This document shows, piece after piece, positions 46,349-54,981 of a DNA stretch of 64,000 nucleotides (position 1 is its first letter; the number at the start of each line of letters is the position of its first letter). The notes beneath the pieces are model-generated. The model was not told where the DNA came from and made no database searches. It saw only the letters and a list, made by a program, of their open reading frames with translations. Location of the stretch: assembly GCA_040753755.1 (NCBI GenBank), contig JBFMDB010000017.1:9729-73728 (forward strand). The letters are read 5' to 3'. Source of the DNA: Chloroflexota bacterium. GTDB lineage: Bacteria > Chloroflexota > Anaerolineae > Anaerolineales > Villigracilaceae. Both the position numbers and the translations under genes were made by a program.

Positions 46349-46776
46349 TCTGTTCCTCCTCGCAATGCCAGTAATTTCTCGCGCGCCTGCTGTCTCAGCG
46401 CGGAATGGAAATAATCGCGGCTGGCGATCTGCTGGTATTCGCGCGAGAGCGCGGCGGGATCGGGATTCTTTTTATCGAGTTTCTGGAGCAAGGCGCTGTA
46501 AACGGCGTCCGTCTGTCGGGTAAATTGCGCGACCAGGTCGTCATCCTGCATCCCCAGCGCCAGATTTGCCTTCCACAAATATGACTCGCCGCCGCGTTCC
46601 TGAATCTCCGCGCTCAGCCACTGGAACTGCTCGGCGCTGCGCGGCGAATCGGGCAACACCCAGACAGTTTCATTCAATAGAATTGCGCCAAGCCGTTTCA
46701 ACTTGCGCCAGACGTACACGCGCAGGGCGGAGGGTTGGGCGGGGAGTTTGTAGTGGAGCAGAATCCAATCGGTCAT
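46345..46776 (-). CDS. ChrB N-terminal domain protein
   Basis: WILLHYKLPAQPSALRVYVWRKLKRLGAILLNETVWVLP pattern recalled from ChrB N-terminal domains. Confidence 0.65.
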   Translation of the reverse strand: MTDWILLHYKLPAQPSALRVYVWRKLKRLGAILLNETVWVLPDSPRSAEQFQWLSAEIQERGGESYLWKANLALGMQDDDLVAQFTRQTDAVYSALLQKLDKKNPDPAALSREYQQIASRDYFHSALRQQAREKLLALRGGTE

Positions 46777-46794
46777 AATGTAACTATTGTTACA

Positions 46795-46885
46795 TTATAT
46801 CTCGATTCTGAACGGCGCTGGCTGACCGTATTTTTCAGGGGTGAGGCGATGAGGGGGGAATCTAAAAAGACGATTTTGTAAAAAT
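46795..46885 (-). pseudogene. Remnant of the 5' end of an alpha/beta-hydrolase gene paralogous to 40399..41214
   Basis: Encodes ...FLQNRLFRFPPHRLTPEKYGQPAPFRIEI-stop, versus the hydrolase MKFFLDSLIDRMYAYKIEPHRLTPEKYGLPFDEVKI. Nucleotide block tatttttcaggggtgaggcgatg versus tatttttcgggggtgaggcgatg, and tctaaaaaga in both. No start codon retained. Confidence 0.65.
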
Positions 46886-46910
46886 ATAATTTCCCTCACC
46901 CGCCATCGAA

Positions 46911-47018
46911 CCATGTCGTTGCGAGGGCGCACTTGCTCTTCGCCCGAAGCAATCCCCTTGCTGATACGGAGATTGCTTCGCCGCCAAAGACCAAGAGCGG
47001 CGGCTCGCAACGACATGG
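46911..47018. repeat. Palindromic CCATGTCGTTGCGAG...CTCGCAACGACATGG element (long form of the GTCATTGCGAGG family)
   Basis: Perfect 15-bp terminal stem. Internal sub-hairpins GAAGCAATC...GATTGCTTC and CCGCC...GGCGG. Confidence 0.85.
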
Positions 47019-47083
47019 CGGGAAGTTAATTATTTACAGATCCTTAGATAAACAACCCGCCGATTAGCCTGCGGGTTTCAATG

Positions 47084-48124
47084 CTACCTCCCTTGCGCTT
47101 CCTCCCAAATTTCAGTATCGAACGCGGCGTTCACATCCACATCAGCAGGCAGGGATTCGTATTGGGCGAGCATATCTGCCAGCGCCTGCCATTGTTCAGC
47201 GGACTGCCAACCAAAGCCGTTTTCGCTTTGGGCGTCTTTCAACTCGGATTCGAGCATGTATTTCATGTGGGCGGGGTCGGTTTCGGGTCCCGCGTATTTC
47301 ATCACGATTTCGACAGCTTCATCGGGATGTGCCTCAGCGTAGGCAATGCCTTGAAGCGCGGCAACCAGGAATCGGGTCAGTTCGGAGGCGTGGTTTTGGA
47401 TGTAGTCTTCGCTGGCGACGTAGGTCAATCCCAGGGTCGGCACGCCGTAATCCGCCGCGTCCCAGAGCGTGATTTCGCTGCCCCAACTGTTGAGCAAATA
47501 CGGCTCGTTGGATTTGAAGAGCGGGTACACATCCACCTGTCCTTCGGAGAGCACGCGCGGATCGAAGCCGACGTTGACCAGGTTGACCTTGTTCACGTCC
47601 GCGCCTGCGGCGGCGAGCAGGGCAAACAGGTCAGGCGGAGGCGTGCCTTTGTAGCCAACGGTCTTGCCTTCCCAATCTTTGGGCGTCTCGATGCCCGAAT
47701 CTTTCAGCGCGGCGAAGGCTTGCTGTCCCTTCTGCCCGATGAGCGCGATGGACACGACGGGCAAGCCAGGGTCGGCGCGGCGTTGGAGAACGGTGGCGGC
47801 GTCCATTGTGGTCACTTGCACGGTTCCAGCCACCAGCAGTTGGACGTGTTCGCCCTTGCCAGGCGAGTGTTCGATGGTCACGTCGAGTCCGTTCTGCTCG
47901 AAGAAACCTTTTTCTTTGGCGACGTACGCGCCGACGAAGGGCAGGTTGGCTTGCGGTTTGTAGCCCGCCATGAAGGTCATCGGGATGAGAGCCGCTTCGG
48001 TCGGGACTTCGGCGGCTGGTTCTGTTTCGGCAGGCATTTCCGTCGGGACGGCGGTTGGCGCACCTGAGCAGGCGCTTAACAAAAACAGGACGAGTATGAA
48101 CAACGATAGTGCGGTCTTACGCAT
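47084..48124 (-). CDS. NMT1/THI5-fold (ThiY/SsuA/RibY-like) ABC substrate-binding lipoprotein
   Basis: Start moved to ATG 48124 (SD aaggag). MRKTALSLFILVLFLLSAC, PT/E-rich linker, MTFMAGYKPQANLPFVGAYVAKEKGFFEQNGLDV. Confidence 0.8.
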   Translation of the reverse strand: MRKTALSLFILVLFLLSACSGAPTAVPTEMPAETEPAAEVPTEAALIPMTFMAGYKPQANLPFVGAYVAKEKGFFEQNGLDVTIEHSPGKGEHVQLLVAGTVQVTTMDAATVLQRRADPGLPVVSIALIGQKGQQAFAALKDSGIETPKDWEGKTVGYKGTPPPDLFALLAAAGADVNKVNLVNVGFDPRVLSEGQVDVYPLFKSNEPYLLNSWGSEITLWDAADYGVPTLGLTYVASEDYIQNHASELTRFLVAALQGIAYAEAHPDEAVEIVMKYAGPETDPAHMKYMLESELKDAQSENGFGWQSAEQWQALADMLAQYESLPADVDVNAAFDTEIWEEAQGR

Positions 48125-48196
48125 GGTACAGTGAAACTCCTTGATGGATTGAAATTGAATAACCGCTGATTGCGGTAAATTCACAAAAGAAAAAAA

Positions 48197-48268
48197 CGTC
48201 CCGCGAAGTACCCGCAGGGTGAAAGTTTCTTTTCAAAACCCTTGCCGAATTTCGTAACCTTCGGGACG
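48197..48268. repeat. Degenerate CGTCCCG..AAG/CCTTCGGGACG hairpin-family element
   Basis: cgtcccgcgaagt (48197-) and accttcgggacg (-48268); imperfect arms with a loop of roughly 50 nt. Lies between the permease and SBP genes. Confidence 0.5.
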
Positions 48269-48271
48269 GTG

Positions 48272-49051
48272 TTATTTCCAGCGGATGACTTTTTTCTCCA
48301 GCCAGACGATGAAGCCATACGCGCCCATGCCCGAAAGGGACAGGACAAAAATGGCGGCGAACATGGGCGGCAGGTTGAGGTTGCTGTACGCCAGCCACAT
48401 CACGCGCCCCAAGCCGCTAGATGCGCCTGTCCATTCGGCGATGACTGCACCCACCAGCGCCAGCGGAGCGGCAACCCGCAGAGCAGCAAAAAGATAAGGC
48501 AGGGCAAGCCAGGCGCGCAAGTGAACAAGGATTTGCCAGTTGGTGGCGCGGTGAACGCGCATGAGATCGAGCATATCCTTTTCGGCGCTTTGAAGTCCCA
48601 CCAGCACGTTGACCAGTGTTGGGAAAAACGTCAGCAGGGCGGTGATGATGATTTTCGGCAAAACGCCAAATCCCATCCAGATGGTTAGCAGGGGAGCGAT
48701 TGCCGCCAGCGGCGTGGACTTGACCAGGATCGCAAGCGTCATCACGCCGCGTTCCAGTTGCGGCTTGAGGCTGACCAGCGCGGCGACGAGAATGCCTACC
48801 AGCGTGCCGATGGTCAAGCCCGCCAGCGCTTCGCCGAGGGTCACGGATAACGCTTCGAGAAAGTAAAGCGGCTGGGAGAAAAACGTCTGCGCCACGCTGC
48901 TGGGCGCGGGCAAAATGTAAACGGGAATTTCCCGCAACCGCACGGCAACTTCCCACACGCCAAAAACGCCCGCCACCATTAAGAAGGCAAAAAAGATTCC
49001 ACCGTGAGGCGAGTGCGCCGCGTGTTGCGTGTTCCGTGTTGCAGACTGCAT
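48272..49051 (-). CDS. ABC transporter permease (NitT/TauT/ThiX-like)
   Basis: 259 aa, 6 TM helices, binding-protein-dependent permease pattern. No ATPase gene is adjacent. Confidence 0.8.
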   Translation of the reverse strand: MQSATRNTQHAAHSPHGGIFFAFLMVAGVFGVWEVAVRLREIPVYILPAPSSVAQTFFSQPLYFLEALSVTLGEALAGLTIGTLVGILVAALVSLKPQLERGVMTLAILVKSTPLAAIAPLLTIWMGFGVLPKIIITALLTFFPTLVNVLVGLQSAEKDMLDLMRVHRATNWQILVHLRAWLALPYLFAALRVAAPLALVGAVIAEWTGASSGLGRVMWLAYSNLNLPPMFAAIFVLSLSGMGAYGFIVWLEKKVIRWK

Positions 49052-49076
49052 AGTTTACCCAATCACCAATTACTAA

Positions 49077-50204
49077 TCACGCAATCCCTTGCCAGCCTCT
49101 CAACGTGGAAGGCGTAATTACGAAAGACCGCTCCACCTGCGGGGCGAGAGAAGCGGCAAGGTTTTGTCCCAGGTAGCGGCGGCTGAGACGCGCCAACAGT
49201 TTCCCCAATTGCGGGTCAGTGGATTCAAATTCGGGGCGGGCAACGCCCTTGGCAGAAATGCGGCGCAACGGCAGGAAGGGTTCATCCACCGTGAGCGAGA
49301 CTTGCGGGTTGGCGCTCAAATACTCGCCCCAGCGCGAACCTTTCCACGCCAGCACATGAAAGGCTTCCCCGTCCCACTCGTGCCAGACGGGAACGACATG
49401 CGGCGCACCATCGGGACGCACACACGCCAGCCGCGCCGCCCAGGGCGCTTTGAGCAGGGCGTTGAGTTGCGCTTCATTTAATGGCAGGGTCTCGCCCAGT
49501 TCGGACTGCGCCTCCGCCCGCCACGGCGAATAACATGGCGCGCCCAGCCGATACGAAAGGCGGGCAGACATCTCACGCAGAAGCGGCAAGGTTTTTTGCG
49601 CGATGGATCCGTTCCAACGAAATGCTGGCAGGCTCAAGAGCAGCGCCGCGTTTGGCAAAACCCCGTCACGGCAAATGGGAAGGGCAACATCGAGCGCGTC
49701 TCCGCGCGGCGATAAAGAATACCCCTGTTTCTGGATTTCAGCGGAGACGGGAGATTGGAAGACCTGCCCCGCCGCGCTGGATGCAGGCAGGCGCTGTCCC
49801 GTCTCAAACACGCTTCGCACCTCACGCGGACCTTCGACCTGTCCCAGCGCCAAAGCCTCTCCCTCGCTGACGGGGACAAACAACACCAGTGTTTCTTCCA
49901 AGCCGCAGGATTCCGCTTCATGAAAAAACGCCGAGAGCAAATCGGCGGCAGGCAATGGAGACGAACCTCCCTGCCATGCCAGCAAACGCGGACCCGCGCG
50001 ATAGCGTCCGCGTTTTTCGGCTTGCTCCACATAGCCGAGCGTTTTGAGCGTGTTCAGCAAAACAAAAAGGGAACTGCGCGAGACGTCCACGCGCGAGAGC
50101 AAATCGGGAATATCCGCCCCTTGTGGGTGTTCCAGCAGGATTTCAAGAAGCGATAAGGCGCGTTCTACAGAAGGCGAATCGGTTTCTGATTTCATGTAAT
50201 CCAT
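49077..50204 (-). CDS. IclR-type transcriptional regulator fused to a C-terminal PNPOx-like (FMN/F420-binding split-barrel) domain
   Basis: N-terminal wHTH SVERALSLLEILLEHPQGADIPDLLSRVDVSRSSLFVLLNTLKTLGYV plus an IclR effector region. The C-terminal ~130 aa (ARLACVRPDGAPHVVPVWHEWDGEAFHVLAWKGSRWGEYLSANPQVSLTVDE) is typical of pyridoxamine-phosphate-oxidase-like proteins. Confidence 0.7.
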   Translation of the reverse strand: MDYMKSETDSPSVERALSLLEILLEHPQGADIPDLLSRVDVSRSSLFVLLNTLKTLGYVEQAEKRGRYRAGPRLLAWQGGSSPLPAADLLSAFFHEAESCGLEETLVLFVPVSEGEALALGQVEGPREVRSVFETGQRLPASSAAGQVFQSPVSAEIQKQGYSLSPRGDALDVALPICRDGVLPNAALLLSLPAFRWNGSIAQKTLPLLREMSARLSYRLGAPCYSPWRAEAQSELGETLPLNEAQLNALLKAPWAARLACVRPDGAPHVVPVWHEWDGEAFHVLAWKGSRWGEYLSANPQVSLTVDEPFLPLRRISAKGVARPEFESTDPQLGKLLARLSRRYLGQNLAASLAPQVERSFVITPSTLRGWQGIA

Positions 50205-50217
50205 TATACTGGATTAA
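50198..50217. promoter_or_regulatory. Inverted repeat TAATCCA-N6-TGGATTA overlapping the IclR-fusion start codon
   Basis: Read directly from the sequence. A further TGGATTT lies at 50230. Candidate operator only. Confidence 0.25.
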
Positions 50218-50234
50218 AGTCCAGAAAAATGGAT

Positions 50235-50786
50235 TTAATAACGATAAATTCCAATCGGCACAGGGATTCCCGCAACCATCCACAAAACATCATCGGCGGC
50301 GCGTGCCAGTCTTTGATTTGCCCAGCCCAACCCATCCCGATACACGCGCCCCATTTGATACGACGGGACGAGACCCAAACCGACTTCATTCGAGACGATA
50401 ATCCAATGCTGGCTGGAGTGGCGAATGGCGGCAATCAATTCTTCGATTTCGCGCTGGGCAGCTTGCATAAACGGCGCTTCATGCGCGCGGTCATCTTCGA
50501 TAAATTGCATAAGCAGGTTGGAAACAAGCAGTGTGACGCAATCCAGCACGACAATTTCCGTTTCAACCCTGCTCACATGAGGCGCAATCTCGCGCGTGAT
50601 TTCAAGCGTCTTCCAATGCGCGGGGCGTTCCGCCTTGTGCTTTTCAATTCGCACGGACATTTCGTCATCGAACGCCTGCGCGGTGGCAATGAAAGCAACA
50701 GGCTTGCCAGATTCTTCGGCGAGCCGCAATGCGTGAGAGGACTTCCCGCTGCGCGCGCCGCCGAGGATGAAGGTTATCTTTCCCAT
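50235..50786 (-). CDS. cobU: Adenosylcobinamide kinase / adenosylcobinamide-phosphate guanylyltransferase
   Basis: MGKITFILGGARSGKSSHA P-loop, ~180 aa, cob gene context. Confidence 0.9.
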   Translation of the reverse strand: MGKITFILGGARSGKSSHALRLAEESGKPVAFIATAQAFDDEMSVRIEKHKAERPAHWKTLEITREIAPHVSRVETEIVVLDCVTLLVSNLLMQFIEDDRAHEAPFMQAAQREIEELIAAIRHSSQHWIIVSNEVGLGLVPSYQMGRVYRDGLGWANQRLARAADDVLWMVAGIPVPIGIYRY

Positions 50787-52267
50787 ATTATTTTCTCCAG
50801 CAATTTCACGTCAAGCGCTTCTTCCACCGCGTCCGCAAGTTTTTCCAGCGACTCTTGAAAACGGGCGGAGTGGGATGATTCCGCGCCGCGCCAGCCCAGT
50901 TTTTTCAGCCAGGCATGACGAAAGGAGTCGTTGTGGAATAAGCCGTGCAGATAACAACCCCACACATTGCCATTGGATGAAACGCCTCCATCCTGGACTT
51001 GAGCCTGTTCGCCGTTTCGAGAGACAATTTCCAACCATTGGGATTGACTCTGAGTCTCGCCTGCGTGAATTTCATAGCCTTCGATAAACTCGCCTGCAAG
51101 AGAAGCGAAGTTCAAGATTCTGGCGCGCGCCTGATATGTGGCTTTCGTTTTGGAAAATGTTGTTGCGATGGGCAGCAGTCCCAGCCCTTCTGAAAAATCA
51201 TTTTGCGATTCAATGTGAAGCGGGTCATGCAGTTCGCGCCCCAGCATTTGATAGCCGCCGCAAATGCCGACGACTTCGCCGCCTTGTCTTGCAAACTCAA
51301 TGACAGCATCTGCAAGCCCCGTTTGACGAAGCCAATTCAAATCTGACATTGTGCTTTTCGTGCCTGGGATGATGATGGCATGTGGGGTTCCAAGTTTTTC
51401 AACCGAATCCACGTGGCGGATGTGAATATTGGGTTCCGCCCGAAGCGAATCGAAATCGTCGAAGTTGGCGATGCGGGGCAAAGCCAGAACGGCGATATCT
51501 GTCTGGGATGTGGAAGCAGGCTTGGCTGAGTCTGAAGCGGTTTCAATGGAGACGGCGTCTTCGTCGGGCAGGGAAAGCCCTCTTAAGTAGGGAATCACTC
51601 CCAGCACGGGAATCCCGCTTTTTTGTTCGAGGATTTGAATGCCGTCGTCGAAGAGGGAAAGGTCGCCGCGAAATTTGTTGACGATGAAACCGCGCATGAG
51701 TTTTTGTTCTTCAGGGTCAAGAAGCCAATGCGTGCCAAGCAGTTGGGCGAAGATGCCGCCACGATCAATATCGCCGACGAGCAGGACGGGCGATTGGGCA
51801 TATTGCGCCACTGCCATGTTGACGATGTCGCCGCGTTTGAGGTTGAGTTCGGCAGGACTGCCCGCGCCTTCGATGATGATAAGGTTATATTCGCCGCGCA
51901 GACGATTCAGCGCGGCAGTGACGTGTTCCCAAAGAATGGCTTTCTTTTCGTAATATGTTTTCGCTTCGAGCGTATGCCAGGGGCGTCCGTTCAAAATGAT
52001 TTGCGAGCGAGAATCCGCTTCGGGTTTGATGAGGACGGGGTTCATGTCTGTTGTGGGTTGAATGCCAGCGGCGGCGGCTTGCAATGCCTGGGCGCGCCCA
52101 ATCTCGCCGCCGTCGGCGCACACAGCGGCATTGTTGGACATGTTCTGCCCTTTGAATGGGGCGACTTTGATTCCGCGCCGCGCATAAATGCGGCAGAGCG
52201 CCGTGACGAGCAGGCTCTTGCCTGCGGAGGATGAACTGCCTTGAATCATCAATGTTTTTGCGGTCAT
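50774..52267 (-). CDS. cobQ: Cobyric acid synthase
   Basis: 497 aa. LMIQGSSSSAGKSLLVTALCR N-terminus, plus a C-terminal glutamine amidotransferase region (ICGGYQMLG). Confidence 0.9.
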   Translation of the reverse strand: MTAKTLMIQGSSSSAGKSLLVTALCRIYARRGIKVAPFKGQNMSNNAAVCADGGEIGRAQALQAAAAGIQPTTDMNPVLIKPEADSRSQIILNGRPWHTLEAKTYYEKKAILWEHVTAALNRLRGEYNLIIIEGAGSPAELNLKRGDIVNMAVAQYAQSPVLLVGDIDRGGIFAQLLGTHWLLDPEEQKLMRGFIVNKFRGDLSLFDDGIQILEQKSGIPVLGVIPYLRGLSLPDEDAVSIETASDSAKPASTSQTDIAVLALPRIANFDDFDSLRAEPNIHIRHVDSVEKLGTPHAIIIPGTKSTMSDLNWLRQTGLADAVIEFARQGGEVVGICGGYQMLGRELHDPLHIESQNDFSEGLGLLPIATTFSKTKATYQARARILNFASLAGEFIEGYEIHAGETQSQSQWLEIVSRNGEQAQVQDGGVSSNGNVWGCYLHGLFHNDSFRHAWLKKLGWRGAESSHSARFQESLEKLADAVEEALDVKLLEKIIWER

Positions 52268-52333
52268 TTCGTCTCCAATCGGCGACTCGTAACACGCCCC
52301 TTTAACAGGCTCAGGGCAGGCATTAATGTCGCG

Positions 52334-52933
52334 CTACAGATGGTTGGTATCGTTCAGGGAATTCAGAATCGCTCCCGCAGGGTGACAGGCAATTTCTGAA
52401 ATCGAAGCGGGGGAAAGAGAAAACTTCCAATAATTAGAGGGAGAAAGCCTGAGGGCGAGGCAAATGAGAACTTGCAAAGAACCGCCGTGCGCCACAAGCA
52501 CCACGGTATCCTGTTCGTGTTTGGCGAGCAGGGCGCTCATTCCAAAGCCGACGCGCGCCGCAAGTTGCCCCAGGGTTTCTCCATCAGGCGGCGGGATATG
52601 CTCAGGGTCGGTTTCCCATTGGGCAAGCAAATCTCGCGCCTCCAATTGGATTTCAGGATACATCAACCCTTCCCACTTGCCAAAGGAAAGTTCGCGCCAG
52701 CGCAGATCTGTAGTGACAGGCAGTTGATGAGATACCGCGATGATTTCAGCGGTTTCTTGCGCGCGCGATAAATCGCTGGAATACACCGCGTCGAAATTGA
52801 ATGAGGTGAGCCGTTCCGCAAGCTGCCCCGCCTGCCTGCGTCCCGTTTCATTGAGCGGCACATCACTATGTCCCTGAAAGCGGTGATTGAGATTCCAATC
52901 TGTCTGTCCGTGGCGAATGAGGAGAATTTTCAT
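52334..52933 (-). CDS. cobC: Alpha-ribazole phosphatase (histidine phosphatase family)
   Basis: Start moved to ATG 52933. MKILLIRHGQTDWN (RHG motif), later VAHGG; cob context. Confidence 0.8.
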   Translation of the reverse strand: MKILLIRHGQTDWNLNHRFQGHSDVPLNETGRRQAGQLAERLTSFNFDAVYSSDLSRAQETAEIIAVSHQLPVTTDLRWRELSFGKWEGLMYPEIQLEARDLLAQWETDPEHIPPPDGETLGQLAARVGFGMSALLAKHEQDTVVLVAHGGSLQVLICLALRLSPSNYWKFSLSPASISEIACHPAGAILNSLNDTNHL

Positions 52934-52979
52934 GGTAAAAAACCCTTGACTGAAAAAGCGGGGGTGGTAAAATAGCGCT

Positions 52980-53016
52980 TGTCCGTTCAGGGTGCCCCCC
53001 TCACCCTGAACGGACA
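52980..53016. other. Perfect 15-bp stem-loop between cobD and cobC
   Basis: TGTCCGTTCAGGGTG-cccccct-CACCCTGAACGGACA. The T-run follows on the plus strand only, whereas the flanking genes are on the minus strand. Confidence 0.6.
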
Positions 53017-53020
53017 TTTT

Positions 53021-54076
53021 TTATTTTAACCGCGCGGCTTGCAACAGCCGCGCATTTTCTTTATGGCGGCGTGTTGCGATGCGCGCATAAGCGGGCAAGC
53101 CAAATGAAGCGCAATCGCGCACAAGAATACCATGCGCCAGAAGGTCTTGCCGAAAGCGCGCGCCGTTTCCGACAGGAAGAAGAAAATAGTGGGTGTGAGA
53201 TGGGATGGGGCGATAACCGAGTTCTTCCAGCCCAGCGAGAAAAGCCCGCTTCTCTTTATTTAATTTTGCAAGGGTTTCAGATAAATACTGCTCATCCTGC
53301 AATGCGGCTAGCCCTGCCGCTTGCGCCAGAGCGTTCACGTTCCATGCGGGGCGCAGGTTGGCGAGCGCGGCAATCGCGGTTTCATCGCCTATCGCATACC
53401 CCAGCCGCAGACCCGCAATGGCATAATCCTTCGTCATCGAGCGCAATGTCAAAATATTTTTTCTGGCAAGCGAAATCACGGATTTCATTTCACTCACAAA
53501 GGCAAGATAGGCTTCGTCCACAACAAACAAGGTTTTTGGAAACTCATCAGCCCACTCCCCAATGACTTCCTGCGGAATGATTTGCCCCGTCGGGTTATTG
53601 GGATTGCAGATGAACACTGCCTGCATTTCCCGTTTATGCAATCGCTTGCGGATTTCTTCGGGATTGGGGACGAATCCGTTTCTTGAGATTGCGCGCCAGC
53701 GATGGATATTTGCCCCCATCAAACGCGCGCTTCGCTCATACTCGCCGAAAGTTGGTTCAAGGATCAGGGCATGATCTCCCTTTTGCAGGAACTCGAATGC
53801 CGCGAGTTGTATCAACTCTGCCGCGCCGTTGCCGATAAGGATTTGTTCCGTCGAAACATCCAGCCGCTGGGACAACCCGCGTCTCAGGGCAAGGGACTCG
53901 CGGTCTGGGTAACGCTCCGCAGGCGTGGAGCGAATCGCTTCCAACACGGAAGGAGAAGCGCCGAAGGGATTGCTGTTGACGCTGAAATCAATTACGTCGT
54001 TTGGATGCAGTCCCAGCCGTTCGAGTTCGGCAAAATCGAAAGCGCCGTGTGTGACGGGGTTAACGCGGGTGGGCAT
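53021..54076 (-). CDS. cobD: L-threonine-O-3-phosphate decarboxylase (aminotransferase class I/II fold)
   Basis: Start moved to ATG 54076 (MPTRVNPVTHGAFDF...). NPNNPTG and the PLP-Lys region SMTKDYAIAGLRLGY; cob context. Confidence 0.8.
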   Translation of the reverse strand: MPTRVNPVTHGAFDFAELERLGLHPNDVIDFSVNSNPFGASPSVLEAIRSTPAERYPDRESLALRRGLSQRLDVSTEQILIGNGAAELIQLAAFEFLQKGDHALILEPTFGEYERSARLMGANIHRWRAISRNGFVPNPEEIRKRLHKREMQAVFICNPNNPTGQIIPQEVIGEWADEFPKTLFVVDEAYLAFVSEMKSVISLARKNILTLRSMTKDYAIAGLRLGYAIGDETAIAALANLRPAWNVNALAQAAGLAALQDEQYLSETLAKLNKEKRAFLAGLEELGYRPIPSHTHYFLLPVGNGARFRQDLLAHGILVRDCASFGLPAYARIATRRHKENARLLQAARLK

Positions 54077-54980
54077 ATAAACTCCATAACATGAAAACCA
54101 TTGCTGCGAATATGACAGAGGCATGTAAACAACGACGGGCGCGAAGAAGGTCATTGACGGATGGTTTCGGCAATTCTTTGCCGAGAATGTAATGTCCTGT
54201 CTTTTCCAGTTCCACCCCAAGCGCGCCTGCCATGGCGCTCATGGGGACGCCCGCATTGGGGCTGGCTGTCAGGAGCGAATCGCGCCGCATGATTTTCCAT
54301 GCCGTTCTGAGGCTTCCGCCAGCGAAAGGGGCGGAAAGGATGATAAACAAGCCCGTAATACGCGCGGGGATGAAGTTCAACAAGTCATCGAAGCGGGCGG
54401 GGAATTTACCCAGCCATTCGCGCTCCGCGTCACGGTAGCCGAGCATGGAATCAGCGGTATTGGCAAAGCGATAGGCAAATACGGCGGGCAGCCCGCCGAT
54501 AAGGTAGAAGAATAGGGGCGCGATGATTCCATCTGAGGCGTTTTCGGAGACAGATTCAATTGCGGCGGCAGAGACTTGTGATTCATTCAACTGCGATGTG
54601 TCGCGGCTGACCAAATGCCAGGAGAGTAACCGCCGCGCTTCGGACAGGTCTTGTTTTTCCAGCGCAAGTTGCACATCGCGGGCGGCGCGGTTCAGTCCGC
54701 GCAGGGAAATGGTCAGGCTGAGGAAAAGCCCACTGGTCAGCCACCCTGCCCAGGCGGGGAGTGAGGCGGCGAAGCGTTCCAAGAGAAGGGCAATGCCGCT
54801 TGTGAGTCCAACGCCGATGAGGAGGATGAAGCATCCATAGGCAAATTCAGCGAAGCGGTTTCCATGAGGGCGGAAGCGTTTGAGAAACGAAATCAAATTA
54901 CCCATCCATGCGGTGGGATGGTAACGATTGGGCGGGTCGCCGAGGAGCAGGTCAAAGAGGAGCGCGAGGAAAATGGACAA
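54060..54980 (-). CDS. cbiB: Adenosylcobinamide-phosphate synthase
   Basis: 306 aa membrane protein. LLFDLLLGDPPNRYHPTAWMG N-terminus is typical of CbiB. Confidence 0.9.
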   Translation of the reverse strand: MSIFLALLFDLLLGDPPNRYHPTAWMGNLISFLKRFRPHGNRFAEFAYGCFILLIGVGLTSGIALLLERFAASLPAWAGWLTSGLFLSLTISLRGLNRAARDVQLALEKQDLSEARRLLSWHLVSRDTSQLNESQVSAAAIESVSENASDGIIAPLFFYLIGGLPAVFAYRFANTADSMLGYRDAEREWLGKFPARFDDLLNFIPARITGLFIILSAPFAGGSLRTAWKIMRRDSLLTASPNAGVPMSAMAGALGVELEKTGHYILGKELPKPSVNDLLRARRCLHASVIFAAMVFMLWSLYAHPR

Positions 54981-54981
54981 G

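Noticed and set aside
47081-48067. 328-aa plus-strand ORF antisense to the NMT1-type SBP gene (similarly 61743..62696 and 18858..19835)
   Set aside because: Shadow ORFs opposite well-supported lipoprotein genes. No recognisable domains.
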